This document shows, piece by piece, positions 1 to 9,115 of a stretch of 62,734 bases of DNA. Source of the DNA: Alphaproteobacteria bacterium (GTDB lineage: Bacteria > Pseudomonadota > Alphaproteobacteria > RF32 > CAG-239); NCBI GenBank assembly GCA_017470585.1, contig JAFUYI010000002.1, forward strand, positions 1 to 62,734. Reading direction: 5' to 3'. The notes below the pieces were generated by a model that did no database searches, was not told where the DNA came from, and worked only from the letters and a program-made list of their open reading frames with translations. Numbering within the stretch: the stretch's first letter is position 1; each line of letters starts with the position of its first letter. Position numbers and translations under genes: made by a program.

Positions 1-49
1 TTTCGCTCACTTCAATTTTTACCCTATCATAAAAAATCTTTTATGTAAA
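1..49 (-). promoter_or_regulatory. Promoter end of a cassette leader whose gene lies left of the window
   Basis: Minus strand TTTACA(49-44)-N17-TAGGGT(26-21) with TG extension, followed by the GAAGTGAGCGAAA start seen in other leader copies. Confidence 0.75.
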
Positions 50-83
50 GCAAAATTTTGCACTTTTTGCTTTTCCTTTTTTA

Positions 84-460
84 TGTCAATGTTCCGGCAT
101 CTTTTTAAAAGATCCTGAAACGAGTTCAGGATGACAAAAATGGTGTTTGGTCTTACTCTCCCAATGTCATGCTGAACTTGTTGCAGCATCTATTTTTTTG
201 AGGTCTTTCCCCTCCTCGTCACTCCCCTCTTCGGCGTTCCTCCCCTCTCATGTCACGCGCTCATTTATTCGGCGTTCCCCCTCTCATGTCACGCCGCACT
301 TGATGCGGCGTCCAGGTTAAAAAATAAGCCGATTTTAGACCTGGATGCCGTGTCAAGCACGACATGACATCAGTGAGGGGGATGGATTGCCGGATCAAGT
401 CCGGCAATTTGACACCAGTGAGGGGAATGGATAATCGGGGCAAGCACGGCATCAAGCAAC
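84..460. repeat. Cluster of REP/RPE-like palindromes
   Basis: GATCCTGAAACGAGTTCAGGATGAC, GTCATGCTGAACTTGTTGCAGCATC, GTCACGCCGCACTTGATGCGGCGTCC, GGATTGCCGGATCAAGTCCGGCAAT; ~112-342 recurs inverted at ~29511-29745. Confidence 0.85.
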
Positions 461-472
461 CTTTAACAAATT

Positions 473-1681
473 TCACAAATTAAACGGTTTTACCACGCGC
501 TCTAAAACGCCTTGGGTTTTGGCTATTGCCACGCCGTAATTGGTTATGGCAACGCGGCGGCGGACACATTCGTTTATACGTCGTTTCATCTCGATTCGGT
601 TGAGCATACAGGCTCCGCAATGAATAACCAAATCATATTCTTCCAAATTATCAGGAAAATCATTTCCTTGACAAAAAGAAAACACCAAATTTTTACCGCA
701 GTATTTTTGCAACCATTGCGGGATTTTGACTTTGCCGATGTCATCTCCGGCTACATGGTGCGAACACGCCTCGGCTATCAATATTTTTGCCCCGTCTTTA
801 AGATTATCAATTTTTCTTGCACCCTCAACCATTGTTTTTAAATCGCCTTTGGCACGGGCAAACAAAATAGAAAATGCAGTCAAAGGAATTTCCGGCGGAA
901 CAATCGCCGCAACTTTTTTTACCACTTGGGAATCGGTTATTACCAACGCCGGTTTTTCTTTCTGGTTTGAAAGTACTTGCTGAAGCTCGCTTTCTTTTAA
1001 GGCAATAGCCGCGGCATTGCTATCCAAAATTTCTCTTAAAATCTGTACTTGCGGCAATATCAAACGCCCCTTGGGTGCCGATAAATCAATCGGTGTTACC
1101 ATTACAACCGTATCTTTAGGATTGATTAAATCTCCGGCAAGTTTTTGTTCATCTTTGAACTCTTGCGGAGCAATCTCTACTATCAGTTGTTTTAAATCTT
1201 CAATATTATCATTTTTTAAGGCAGAAACGCTGACAAATTTTATATTATTTTGCGCGCAAAAAGCCAAATCATCTTCTTTCGGGGTACAAACATCGGCTTG
1301 GTTAAAAGCAATTATAAAAGGAATTTGCAAGCTTTGCAATAATGCAACCGTTTCTTTATCAGTGGAATTTAAGCCTTTGGTCTGACAAACCAAAACCGCT
1401 AAATCGGCACGCAATAAAATCTTTTTTGTGGCATTAACGCGCAGTTTGCCGATTTGTCCCTCATCATCAAGCCCCGCGGTATCATAAAAAGTTACCGCGC
1501 CCAAAGGCAAAAGCTCATAGGGTTTTGAAACGGCATCGGTTGTGGTTCCGGCAGTATCTGAAACAATTGCCGTATTTTCTTTGACTATGGCATTGAGAAG
1601 CGATGATTTTCCGGCATTGCGGCAGCCGATAATCGCAATATTACAGCGCAAAGCTCTGGGTGTTGATGAAGCTTGATTCAT
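473..1681 (-). CDS. hydF: [FeFe]-hydrogenase H-cluster maturation GTPase HydF
   Basis: GCRNAGKS P-loop, GTTTD, DTAG, APKGRLILPQVQ, EACSHH...HCGACM Fe-S ligands. Confidence 0.95.
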   Translation of the reverse strand: MNQASSTPRALRCNIAIIGCRNAGKSSLLNAIVKENTAIVSDTAGTTTDAVSKPYELLPLGAVTFYDTAGLDDEGQIGKLRVNATKKILLRADLAVLVCQTKGLNSTDKETVALLQSLQIPFIIAFNQADVCTPKEDDLAFCAQNNIKFVSVSALKNDNIEDLKQLIVEIAPQEFKDEQKLAGDLINPKDTVVMVTPIDLSAPKGRLILPQVQILREILDSNAAAIALKESELQQVLSNQKEKPALVITDSQVVKKVAAIVPPEIPLTAFSILFARAKGDLKTMVEGARKIDNLKDGAKILIAEACSHHVAGDDIGKVKIPQWLQKYCGKNLVFSFCQGNDFPDNLEEYDLVIHCGACMLNRIEMKRRINECVRRRVAITNYGVAIAKTQGVLERVVKPFNL

Positions 1682-1698
1682 AAAATTACCCCTTTATT

Positions 1699-2868
1699 TT
1701 AAGAAGATTTTTCATTGATAAGTTTTAAGACTACATCGCAGGCGTTATCACTGGGGGTTTGGCTGGAAAATCCCAGAATACTTTTGACTTCCTCAAAACC
1801 TTTTTTCTGCTTGTCAACGGCTTTTTCATCATGCAGATAATTTTTGATATGAGCGGCAATGTTTTGGGGATTGCAGTTTTCAAGCAGCAATTCCGGTACC
1901 AATTCACGGTTAAGCAAAATATTAGAGAGATTGACAAACTTAATTTTGAGCAATCTCTTGGCCAAAAATGCGGTTAACGGCGAAAGCCTGTAAGCAATAA
2001 TATGCGGAGTGCCGGTAATCGCTAATTCCAAAGCAACCGTTCCCGAAGCGGCAATAGCGGCTTTTGCCGTGCACATGGCATTGTGGCGGTCGTCGCTTTC
2101 CTCGACGATTAAAAATTCAACCCCGCAATCTGAAACGATTTTTCTTATTTCTTTTACAACCGTTTTTACTGCCGGAATAACAAAAAACAAATCTTTTTCT
2201 TCGGCTTTGAGAAGTTTGCAGCTTGCAATAAAAATCGGCAGCAACCTTGCGACTTCATTATGCCGTGAACCTGGCAGAACACAGATTATGTTTTTATTGT
2301 CATCTATTTTATATTTATGGCGGAAAGATAACCCGTCCCCTTTGGCCGCCGGACTTTCAATCACCGGATGCCCGACAAAAGTTGAGGGCAGACCGTAAGG
2401 AATGAAATATTGCGGCTCTTGAGGGAGAAGGGTCAAAAGGTGATCAACGTATTTATACATTGTGCGGGCGCGTTTTTTCTTCCATGCCCAAACCTGAGGC
2501 GCAACATAATGCACTTGCAAAATATTTAATTTCTGTTTTCTTAAAACTTGCTGTACTCTTGAGGCAAAGCTCCACGAATCAATGGTTATAACCACATCGG
2601 GATCAACCTTTTTTATATCCGCAACAGTCTCTCTGATACGCCTTAAAACCTTGGGAATACTCGGAATAACCTCAATTAAGCCCATAATCGCCAAATCGGA
2701 AATATCAAAAAGAGATTTTAACCCCTCTTTTTCCATATTCTCGCCGCCAAGACCGAAAAATTCAACCTCATCGCCCAGTTTCTTTTTCATGGCTCTCATA
2801 AACCGCGCCCCAAGGGCATCGCCCGATGGTTCTCCGGCAATAAGATATATTTTATATGTCTTGTTCAA
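1699..2868 (-). CDS. lpxB: Lipid-A-disaccharide synthase
   Basis: IAGEPSGDALG, HYVAPQVWAW, FVGHP, LPGSR, SGTVALE motifs. Confidence 0.97.
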   Translation of the reverse strand: MNKTYKIYLIAGEPSGDALGARFMRAMKKKLGDEVEFFGLGGENMEKEGLKSLFDISDLAIMGLIEVIPSIPKVLRRIRETVADIKKVDPDVVITIDSWSFASRVQQVLRKQKLNILQVHYVAPQVWAWKKKRARTMYKYVDHLLTLLPQEPQYFIPYGLPSTFVGHPVIESPAAKGDGLSFRHKYKIDDNKNIICVLPGSRHNEVARLLPIFIASCKLLKAEEKDLFFVIPAVKTVVKEIRKIVSDCGVEFLIVEESDDRHNAMCTAKAAIAASGTVALELAITGTPHIIAYRLSPLTAFLAKRLLKIKFVNLSNILLNRELVPELLLENCNPQNIAAHIKNYLHDEKAVDKQKKGFEEVKSILGFSSQTPSDNACDVVLKLINEKSS

Positions 2869-3703
2869 GGTAATCTCCCGGATTTATACCGATGATAAAC
2901 ATTCCCAGTTTATCGGCGGTTTTGATAACCTCTTGTTCATTTACAATCAAAGTATTGCCGGCATGAACGGCCAAACCGTTCAATCCGCTTGTTTTGGCAC
3001 TTTCAAGGGTTTTAGCACCGATTGTCGGCAAGTCAATGCGCATATCCTGCTGTGGCTTGCGAAGTTTCACCAAAACTCCGCCGCTGCCCTTTCTCTTATA
3101 GTTCTTGCAACGTTTTATCAGTTCATCGGTTCCCTCAATTCCCTCTACCCCTAAAACGATTCCTTCCTGAACCACCACTGACTGACCGACATCAAGACGT
3201 CCCAGTTCATAGGCAACTTTGATACCGCGTTTAATATCAATCATATCGGAAGAAGAGGGTTTTTTCTTACCTAAAACACCTTCTTTGACCAGCAAGCCGT
3301 CCATTACTTCATGGATACCCACAACCCGCATATTTTCGCCTTCAATCTCTTTGATTACAGCGCGCAGCAAACCATCGTCGCCCAAGGCTTTAGCTCCGAT
3401 TTTGGTGAAAAATGCGGCGGTTTTCAAATCGGGTATTAAATCCTTAAACGAGGGGCGGCAGATGGTGCCTATCATAACAACCTCTTCCACCTTTTCTTCC
3501 CTCATTTTCTTAAATCCGGTTCCGGCTTGTCCCAACCGCAAAAATAAATGCGGTATTTCATCATTTACCAAATCTTTATCGGCATTGCCCTCAATCGCCA
3601 AGACAAAAAAATCCCGCTTAATTTTTTGGCAATACTCAATCAGTTGTTTGGGTAAATCACCGCCGCCGGCAATAATTCCCAATTTGCGCCGTGAATTTTC
3701 CAT
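2852..3703 (-). CDS. lpxI: UDP-2,3-diacylglucosamine diphosphatase LpxI
   Basis: LGIIAGGGDLP, DVGQSVVV, EGTDELI, KPQQDMRIDLPTIG; lies between lpxA and lpxB. Confidence 0.93.
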   Translation of the reverse strand: MENSRRKLGIIAGGGDLPKQLIEYCQKIKRDFFVLAIEGNADKDLVNDEIPHLFLRLGQAGTGFKKMREEKVEEVVMIGTICRPSFKDLIPDLKTAAFFTKIGAKALGDDGLLRAVIKEIEGENMRVVGIHEVMDGLLVKEGVLGKKKPSSSDMIDIKRGIKVAYELGRLDVGQSVVVQEGIVLGVEGIEGTDELIKRCKNYKRKGSGGVLVKLRKPQQDMRIDLPTIGAKTLESAKTSGLNGLAVHAGNTLIVNEQEVIKTADKLGMFIIGINPGDYLEQDI

Positions 3704-3708
3704 AAATT

Positions 3709-4536
3709 TTATTCCGCAGTCAATATGTTGCGCCGTCCGATTACGGCATCTTCAACAAAAGTGATTATTTCCATAACCAAATCATTGTTTTTATATTTTT
3801 CTTTTGCCTTTGCCAAACGGGTTTCAAAGTTATCTTCCTTGCCCTTGAATAAATACATATAAGCTCTTGTTATGCTCTTGATGGTCGCCTCATCCATACC
3901 GCTTCTTTTCATACCTACCAAATTAAGACCGCGGAGTTTTCCGCGATCGCCGGTAACAATACCGAAAGGAATAACATCACGGGCAATGCCTGACATACCG
4001 CCTATCATTGCCTTACGTCCGATACGGCAGAATTGATGAACGGCGCAGTTTCCGCCTAAAATCGCTCCGTCGCCGATGCGGGTATGTCCGCCGATAACCG
4101 CGTTGTTAGTCATAATTACATTGTTTCCTACCACGCAATCATGCGCAACATGGCAATTAACCATAAACATTCCGTCATCGCCGACAATAGTGACGAGTTT
4201 TTGGGTTTCTTCACCGCGGATGGGATTTTGTCCTTTGGGAGTTCCGCATTGCATGGTAACATTTTCCCTTATGACATTGCGTTTACCGATAATAAGCCGC
4301 GCTCCCTCTTGAAATTCGTTGCCGTGATCCTGCGGACCGCCGCCTAAAACAGCTCCCGGAAACACAACCGTCCCCTCACCGATGGTTGTATCGCCCATAA
4401 CCGTAACATTTGAGAGCAACCGAACTCCTTCACCGATTTTGGCTTTTGAACTGATAACGCAGAAAGGTCCGATTTCCGCGGTTGAAGCAATCTGCGCTCC
4501 GTCTTCAATAACAGCTGTGGGATGAATTTTAGCCAT
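3709..4536 (-). CDS. lpxA: UDP-N-acetylglucosamine acyltransferase
   Basis: IHPTAVIE start, hexapeptide repeats, HVAHDC, VHQFCRIG, GLNLVGMKR. Confidence 0.96.
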   Translation of the reverse strand: MAKIHPTAVIEDGAQIASTAEIGPFCVISSKAKIGEGVRLLSNVTVMGDTTIGEGTVVFPGAVLGGGPQDHGNEFQEGARLIIGKRNVIRENVTMQCGTPKGQNPIRGEETQKLVTIVGDDGMFMVNCHVAHDCVVGNNVIMTNNAVIGGHTRIGDGAILGGNCAVHQFCRIGRKAMIGGMSGIARDVIPFGIVTGDRGKLRGLNLVGMKRSGMDEATIKSITRAYMYLFKGKEDNFETRLAKAKEKYKNNDLVMEIITFVEDAVIGRRNILTAE

Positions 4537-4700
4537 ATTTTAATCCTTCCTTGAAAATTGAAATCATTTTAGTTTAATTTAGACTCTTGCTTATCTAAAG
4601 TAAAAACAAAAAAAATTGCGAATTGTTTCCTGTGGATATTTAATTACGGGTTGATTGAGCTTAAAGAGTATCTTAAATTATCTTGGATAAGGAGAAAAAA

Positions 4701-5147
4701 ATGGATATTTATAACGAAAATTTTTCAAGTATTGATGAAAACGGCGTTAAAAAAGATTGCAAATTAGCCGATTTCATAAAAGGCAAAACCGTGCTTTATT
4801 TTTATCCCAAAGATAATACTTCGGGGTGTACGGCCGAGGCTTGCGATTTCAGAGATAACTTTAACCGCATAGCTAAACTTGCAACTATTGTTGGTATAAG
4901 TCCGGACAGTATTGAAAGTCATAGCAATTTCCGAGAAAAACACGGACTTAATTTTATTTTGATTTCCGATCCCTTGCATAAATTGGCGCAACATTTCGGA
5001 GTATGGAAGGAAAAATCCATGTACGGGCGCAAATATATGGGTATTGAACGTTCAACGTTTATTTTGGATGAAAACGGCAATATTATCAACGAGTGGCGCA
5101 AAGTTAAAGTCAAAGGTCATGTTGACGAGGTATTGTCAAAATTATAA
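4701..5147 (+). CDS. bcp: Peroxiredoxin Bcp/PrxQ
   Basis: LYFYPKDNTSGCTAEACDFRD; start moved to ATG 4701 after AAGGAG. Confidence 0.92.
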   Translation: MDIYNENFSSIDENGVKKDCKLADFIKGKTVLYFYPKDNTSGCTAEACDFRDNFNRIAKLATIVGISPDSIESHSNFREKHGLNFILISDPLHKLAQHFGVWKEKSMYGRKYMGIERSTFILDENGNIINEWRKVKVKGHVDEVLSKL

Positions 5148-5250
5148 AAAAACTTGACTTTTTTTGTAATTGAAGTAAAAAAACACTAAATTTTAGTAAG
5201 CCGGAAAAATTCGGTTCGGAATATAAACTAAACAGGAAGGATTTTTAACA

Positions 5251-5706
5251 ATGAGCAAACAGTATTTTTTATGCGGAATTTTAGGTGCTTTGGCTTTGGG
5301 GTTCGGTGCAGGATGTTTTTACCAAAGCACACAAAATAAAATTGCGGTTGTTGATGTCAACAAAATTGTTGCCGCTTCCGAACAGGTTAAGGAAATGAAA
5401 GCAAACCAAGATGCAAAAGCTAAAGAACTTGCCGCTTGGTTGCAGGAAGCCGATAACACCGTTAAGAATGAAAAAGACAAAGCCAAACAAGACGAACTCT
5501 TGCAGAATTATAAAGAAGAATTTGCTGCCAAGAGTGAGGAAATCAGAACTCAATATGCCAAAGAATTGCAATCAATAAACGATAATATTACCGCAACCAT
5601 AACCGAAGAAGCCAAGAAGAAAGGTTACGGCTTGGTTATTGCCAAAGAATTTACTATTTACGGCGGTAAAAATATAACCGATGAAATTGTCAATATTATC
5701 AAATAA
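5251..5706 (+). CDS. OmpH/Skp-family periplasmic chaperone
   Basis: Signal peptide, KIAVVDVNKI, coiled-coil body, GY-LV...GG-NITDE C-terminus. Confidence 0.75.
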   Translation: MSKQYFLCGILGALALGFGAGCFYQSTQNKIAVVDVNKIVAASEQVKEMKANQDAKAKELAAWLQEADNTVKNEKDKAKQDELLQNYKEEFAAKSEEIRTQYAKELQSINDNITATITEEAKKKGYGLVIAKEFTIYGGKNITDEIVNIIK

Positions 5707-5724
5707 TTGCTTTTTTATACCAGA

Positions 5725-5760
5725 TTTAAGCCCCTTTGATTTTTTTCAAAGGGGCTTAAA
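5725..5760. terminator. Hairpin terminator, near-identical to 7226-7258 and 25194-25226
   Basis: TTTAAGCCCCTTTGA / TCAAAGGGGCTTAAA inverted repeat. Confidence 0.8.
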
Positions 5761-5764
5761 ATTC

Positions 5765-5818
5765 CTAAAGATAATAGTTTATTGTTATTTCAGAACTGTA
5801 ATCTCCGCTTGTTGGAAC
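5765..5818 (-). pseudogene. 3' fragment of a pilin-like family gene
   Basis: Translates VPTSGDYSSEITINYYL*, matching the C-termini of 7264-7740 and 25232-25726, with the same terminator attached. Confidence 0.85.
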
Positions 5819-5857
5819 TTTTATTTTATTTTTTTTGCATTTTGTGATTTTTGTAAA
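5816..5857 (+). repeat. 42-bp direct repeat, left of the ATPase gene
   Basis: Matches 7173-7214 with 2 mismatches; related copy at ~25146-25182. Confidence 0.85.
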
Positions 5858-5863
5858 GTGTAT

Positions 5864-7096
5864 TTAGATTTCCAAACTGTCCTTATTCAATAAAAATTCT
5901 TTTAAACTTATGATTGTTATTCCGTTCTCATTCTGATATGGTCTTAAAATATTATTATTTGTAATAATAATTTTTTTAAACCCGTCACGAATATTAAGCA
6001 AAGATTTTTCTTCCTGCATCATTTTTTGCGGTGTCGGTAAATATAAGGCTGATTGTATGTAGTAACGTTTATTACCTATAACGGCTACAAAGTCAACTTC
6101 TGCCGAAGTATTGCTTCCGATTTTAACTTCGCCAACATCAACATTATATCCTCTGATTTTCAGTTCATTGTATATAATGTTCTCCATAATATGACTTTCT
6201 TCTGTTTGCCGAAAATCAATGACGGTATTTCTCAAGCCTGTATCTGTAAAATAGCACTTAAACGGAGTATTGATATATTTTTTGCCTTTTATATCATAGC
6301 GCAATACTTTATTGATAAAAAAAGCATCTTGAAGATAATCCAGATATTGTTTTATCGTCGGCGCGCTCAAATCAATATGTTTAATGCTTTTAAATGAATC
6401 TGATAGTTTTTTAGGGTTTACCAAAGAGCCGATAGATGAGGATAATATCATTAACAGCTCTTCAAATTCTTCCGTGTTCTTGATACTGTTCCTGTCTATA
6501 ATATCCTTTAGGTATGTTTCTTTGAACAGATTTTTTAAATATTTAACCTTATTCTCTTCTTTCTGATAGGTCAAAACCAGAGGAATCCCTCCGTAAATAG
6601 TATATGTCTCCCACGCTCTATTCCAATCATCGTGATATAACGGATAAATTTCAGAAAAACTCAACGGATGAACTCTTATTTCGTCACCGCGACCGCGAAA
6701 TTCCGTAACAACATCCGATGATAAAAATTTCGAATTGCTTCCCGTAATGTAAACGTCTAAATTTCTGATATGCAGAAAACCGTTTAAGACACTGACAAAA
6801 TCTTCCATCATTTGAACTTCATCTAATAGAAGATAGTGCATTTTGTTGTCCTTAATACAAGATTTAACATATTCATTGCAGACATCAGGGTTACGATATT
6901 TCGCATCATCTCTGGTGTCCAAGTCAATGTGTATAATGTGATCTTTTGCACATCCGTTATCTGTTAGATGCTGTGTAAATAATTCGGAGAGCAAATAAGA
7001 TTTTCCGCACCTTCTGATACCGCTTATAATCTTTATCATTCCGTTATGTTTTCGGTCAATCAACTGATTTAAATAAAAATCTCTCTTGATTTGCAT
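5864..7096 (-). CDS. AAA-family ATPase (AAA_14 plus DUF4143-type C-terminus)
   Basis: GIRRCGKS Walker A, LLLDEVQ Walker B, ITGSNS, YFTDTGLRN, ENIIYNEL, EVDFV. Confidence 0.88.
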   Translation of the reverse strand: MQIKRDFYLNQLIDRKHNGMIKIISGIRRCGKSYLLSELFTQHLTDNGCAKDHIIHIDLDTRDDAKYRNPDVCNEYVKSCIKDNKMHYLLLDEVQMMEDFVSVLNGFLHIRNLDVYITGSNSKFLSSDVVTEFRGRGDEIRVHPLSFSEIYPLYHDDWNRAWETYTIYGGIPLVLTYQKEENKVKYLKNLFKETYLKDIIDRNSIKNTEEFEELLMILSSSIGSLVNPKKLSDSFKSIKHIDLSAPTIKQYLDYLQDAFFINKVLRYDIKGKKYINTPFKCYFTDTGLRNTVIDFRQTEESHIMENIIYNELKIRGYNVDVGEVKIGSNTSAEVDFVAVIGNKRYYIQSALYLPTPQKMMQEEKSLLNIRDGFKKIIITNNNILRPYQNENGITIISLKEFLLNKDSLEI

Positions 7097-7172
7097 AATA
7101 TCTCCTATTTTATTTTTTTCACAAAATATAAATTTTATAAAATAGATTATAGTCGATTATAACACATAAATC

Positions 7173-7214
7173 AACTTCTATTTTATTTTTTTTGCGTTTT
7201 GTGATTTTTGTAAA
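7173..7214 (+). repeat. 42-bp direct repeat, right of the ATPase gene
   Basis: AACTTCTATTTTATTTTTTTTGCGTTTTGTGATTTTTGTAAA, pairs with 5816-5857. Confidence 0.85.
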
Positions 7215-7263
7215 ATATGCCGAAATTAAGCCCCTTTGATGTTTTCAAAGGGGCTTAAAATTC

Positions 7264-7740
7264 CTAAAGATTATAGTTTATGGTTATTACAGAACTGTAA
7301 TCTCCGCTTGTTGGAACGGTATCGTAATCTAACATATCATACACAAACTCGAAAGTATTATCAGAAATGTGACCAAACCAAGCATTATTTAAAGTAATGC
7401 CTCCGAATTTAAAAACTGAAGGGGTTACAGTAAAACAGGGGCTATCGGAAACTTTGCATGAATCAGCAACATTGGCAGTAAATCTTCCCCATTGTGTACC
7501 GGTTATGGAAGTTATACCATAAGCGCATTTATAACTGGTGCTTTCGGAAATACAAGCTCCACCTTCGGTATTAGACGGGTCAATAGTTATTGTACCGACA
7601 TTATAATCTCTGGTTACTGTTAAACTAACATCGTGGGCGATTGTGGCTGTTACGGTCATTGTCGACGAATTGCCCGCGTAAGCGCAGTATGAACCTATGG
7701 ACACCGCGGCAACACCAAGTAATAAAATATATTTTTTCAT
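7264..7740 (-). CDS. Secreted DUF4402/Csu-pilin-like protein, copy 1 (type A N-terminus)
   Basis: Signal peptide, TMTVTATIAHDVSLTVT, FTANV, C-terminal GDYSSVITINY strand; family assignment by motif resemblance only. Confidence 0.7.
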   Translation of the reverse strand: MKKYILLLGVAAVSIGSYCAYAGNSSTMTVTATIAHDVSLTVTRDYNVGTITIDPSNTEGGACISESTSYKCAYGITSITGTQWGRFTANVADSCKVSDSPCFTVTPSVFKFGGITLNNAWFGHISDNTFEFVYDMLDYDTVPTSGDYSSVITINYNL

Positions 7741-7988
7741 CTTAAAAACTTCCTTTTTTTAACGTTAAAAAAACCACCTGTTGGGCTTTAGCCCGCGAGG
7801 TGGCTGGAAGTTAACGACTGTACTATAGAACAGTGTTGGGTATTCTTTATATTCCCCAACCTTCCAACCATAAAGGCTGAAAGTATTTTTTACGTTTTTC
7901 TTAAACGCTATAGTAGAGGTCGTTACACCTCAAAGTGACTTTTCATTCACTTCAAGTCTAAACTAGCATAAAAAAATCTGATTGTCAA
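7741..7988 (-). ncRNA. Promoter plus structured leader (attenuator-like), copy 1
   Basis: TTGACA-N17-TAGTTT; pairings TAACGAC/GTCGTTA, TACTATAG/CTATAGTA, TGGTTGGAAG/CTTCCAGCCA; terminator CCACC/GGTGG plus T tract. Confidence 0.85.
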
Positions 7989-8006
7989 AGAAAAATTTTG
8001 AAAAAT

Positions 8007-8996
8007 TTATTTCTTATGTCCGCCGAAACCGGTGCCGATTTTGCGACCGATTGCCTCAATTTTCATTCCGATGCAGCTTCGGCAATGAATTGGCGTATCA
8101 TTAACGCAAATCTTTCCCGGATAAAGTTCATAAAACCTTCTGTATTCACCCTCGGTAACATTGGGCATTACCACATTGGCTCCCGCTTGCAATGCCATAA
8201 TTCTCCCCTTGGGGTGCAGGCTTTCCATAGCGGTTGTGGCAGGAATATTTATATCATTCATTAAAATTCTCATTACTGCCATAGTTCGCAATGCCAAATT
8301 AAGACTTCCTCCCTGCTCTGAAGCAAGCGGGGTTTGCGGATGAGGAATAAAAGGACCAATTCCTGCCATATCAACGCCGATATTTTTAAGAAAAAGCAAA
8401 TCATCGGCAATAGATTCTATTGACTGCTCTGGAAGTCCGACCATAATTCCGGAACCGAGTTCGTAACCCAATTCTTTTATCATCATTAAACAATCAAATC
8501 TATGCTGCCAGCTCATAAGCGGATCAAGCTTATGGTACAAATCTTTATCGGTGGTTTCAATTCTCATTAAATATCTGTCGGCTCCGGCATTTCTCCAAGC
8601 CTTATATTCATTATACGTTCTCTCGCCGATACTCAAAGTTATTGCCACATCAAATTTTTTGATTGCCTCAATAATTCTGCACATTCTGTCGCAATCATAA
8701 TATAAATCTTCTCCGGATTGCATAACTATGGTTTTAAAGCCGATACCGGCAGCCTTTTTAGCGGTTTCAATCAATTCTTCTTCGCTCATGTGATAGCGTG
8801 TAACTATTTTATTACCGCGGCGAATACCGCAATATAAACAATTATTGCGGCAAATATTGGAAAATTCTATCAATCCTCGCAAATGCACTTCATCACCGAC
8901 AAATTGTTTGCGAATATCGTCGGCTTTTCGGAATAAATCTTTTTGATTTTCTTCATCTTTTAGGAGTTTTATACATTCTTGCCTGCTCAAATCCAT
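8007..8996 (-). CDS. hydE: [FeFe]-hydrogenase maturase HydE (radical SAM)
   Basis: RGLIEFSNICRNNCLYCG, GPFIPHPQTPL, GANVVMPN, YELYPGK. Confidence 0.93.
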   Translation of the reverse strand: MDLSRQECIKLLKDEENQKDLFRKADDIRKQFVGDEVHLRGLIEFSNICRNNCLYCGIRRGNKIVTRYHMSEEELIETAKKAAGIGFKTIVMQSGEDLYYDCDRMCRIIEAIKKFDVAITLSIGERTYNEYKAWRNAGADRYLMRIETTDKDLYHKLDPLMSWQHRFDCLMMIKELGYELGSGIMVGLPEQSIESIADDLLFLKNIGVDMAGIGPFIPHPQTPLASEQGGSLNLALRTMAVMRILMNDINIPATTAMESLHPKGRIMALQAGANVVMPNVTEGEYRRFYELYPGKICVNDTPIHCRSCIGMKIEAIGRKIGTGFGGHKK

Positions 8997-9115
8997 AAAA
9001 TTTTGCCTTTTTCATTATTTTTTTGTTTTTTAGTATAAAAAATGTTTGACTTTTTGTCCATAATGCGGCACAATAGTGTTGATAACTAAATTATTAACCA
9101 AATTTTTTTAAAATT

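Noticed and set aside
261-476. Small ORFs in palindrome clusters (also 11181-11369, 28088-28428, 61440-61753)
   Set aside because: Translations of REP-like repeats, with no RBS or protein features.
7741-7988. Leader as a T-box or other known riboswitch
   Set aside because: AGGTGG here is the terminator 3' arm and is not followed by the T-box ACCGCG pattern. Downstream genes are not amino-acid related, and I see no c-di-GMP, TPP or cobalamin consensus. An Rfam scan is still needed.
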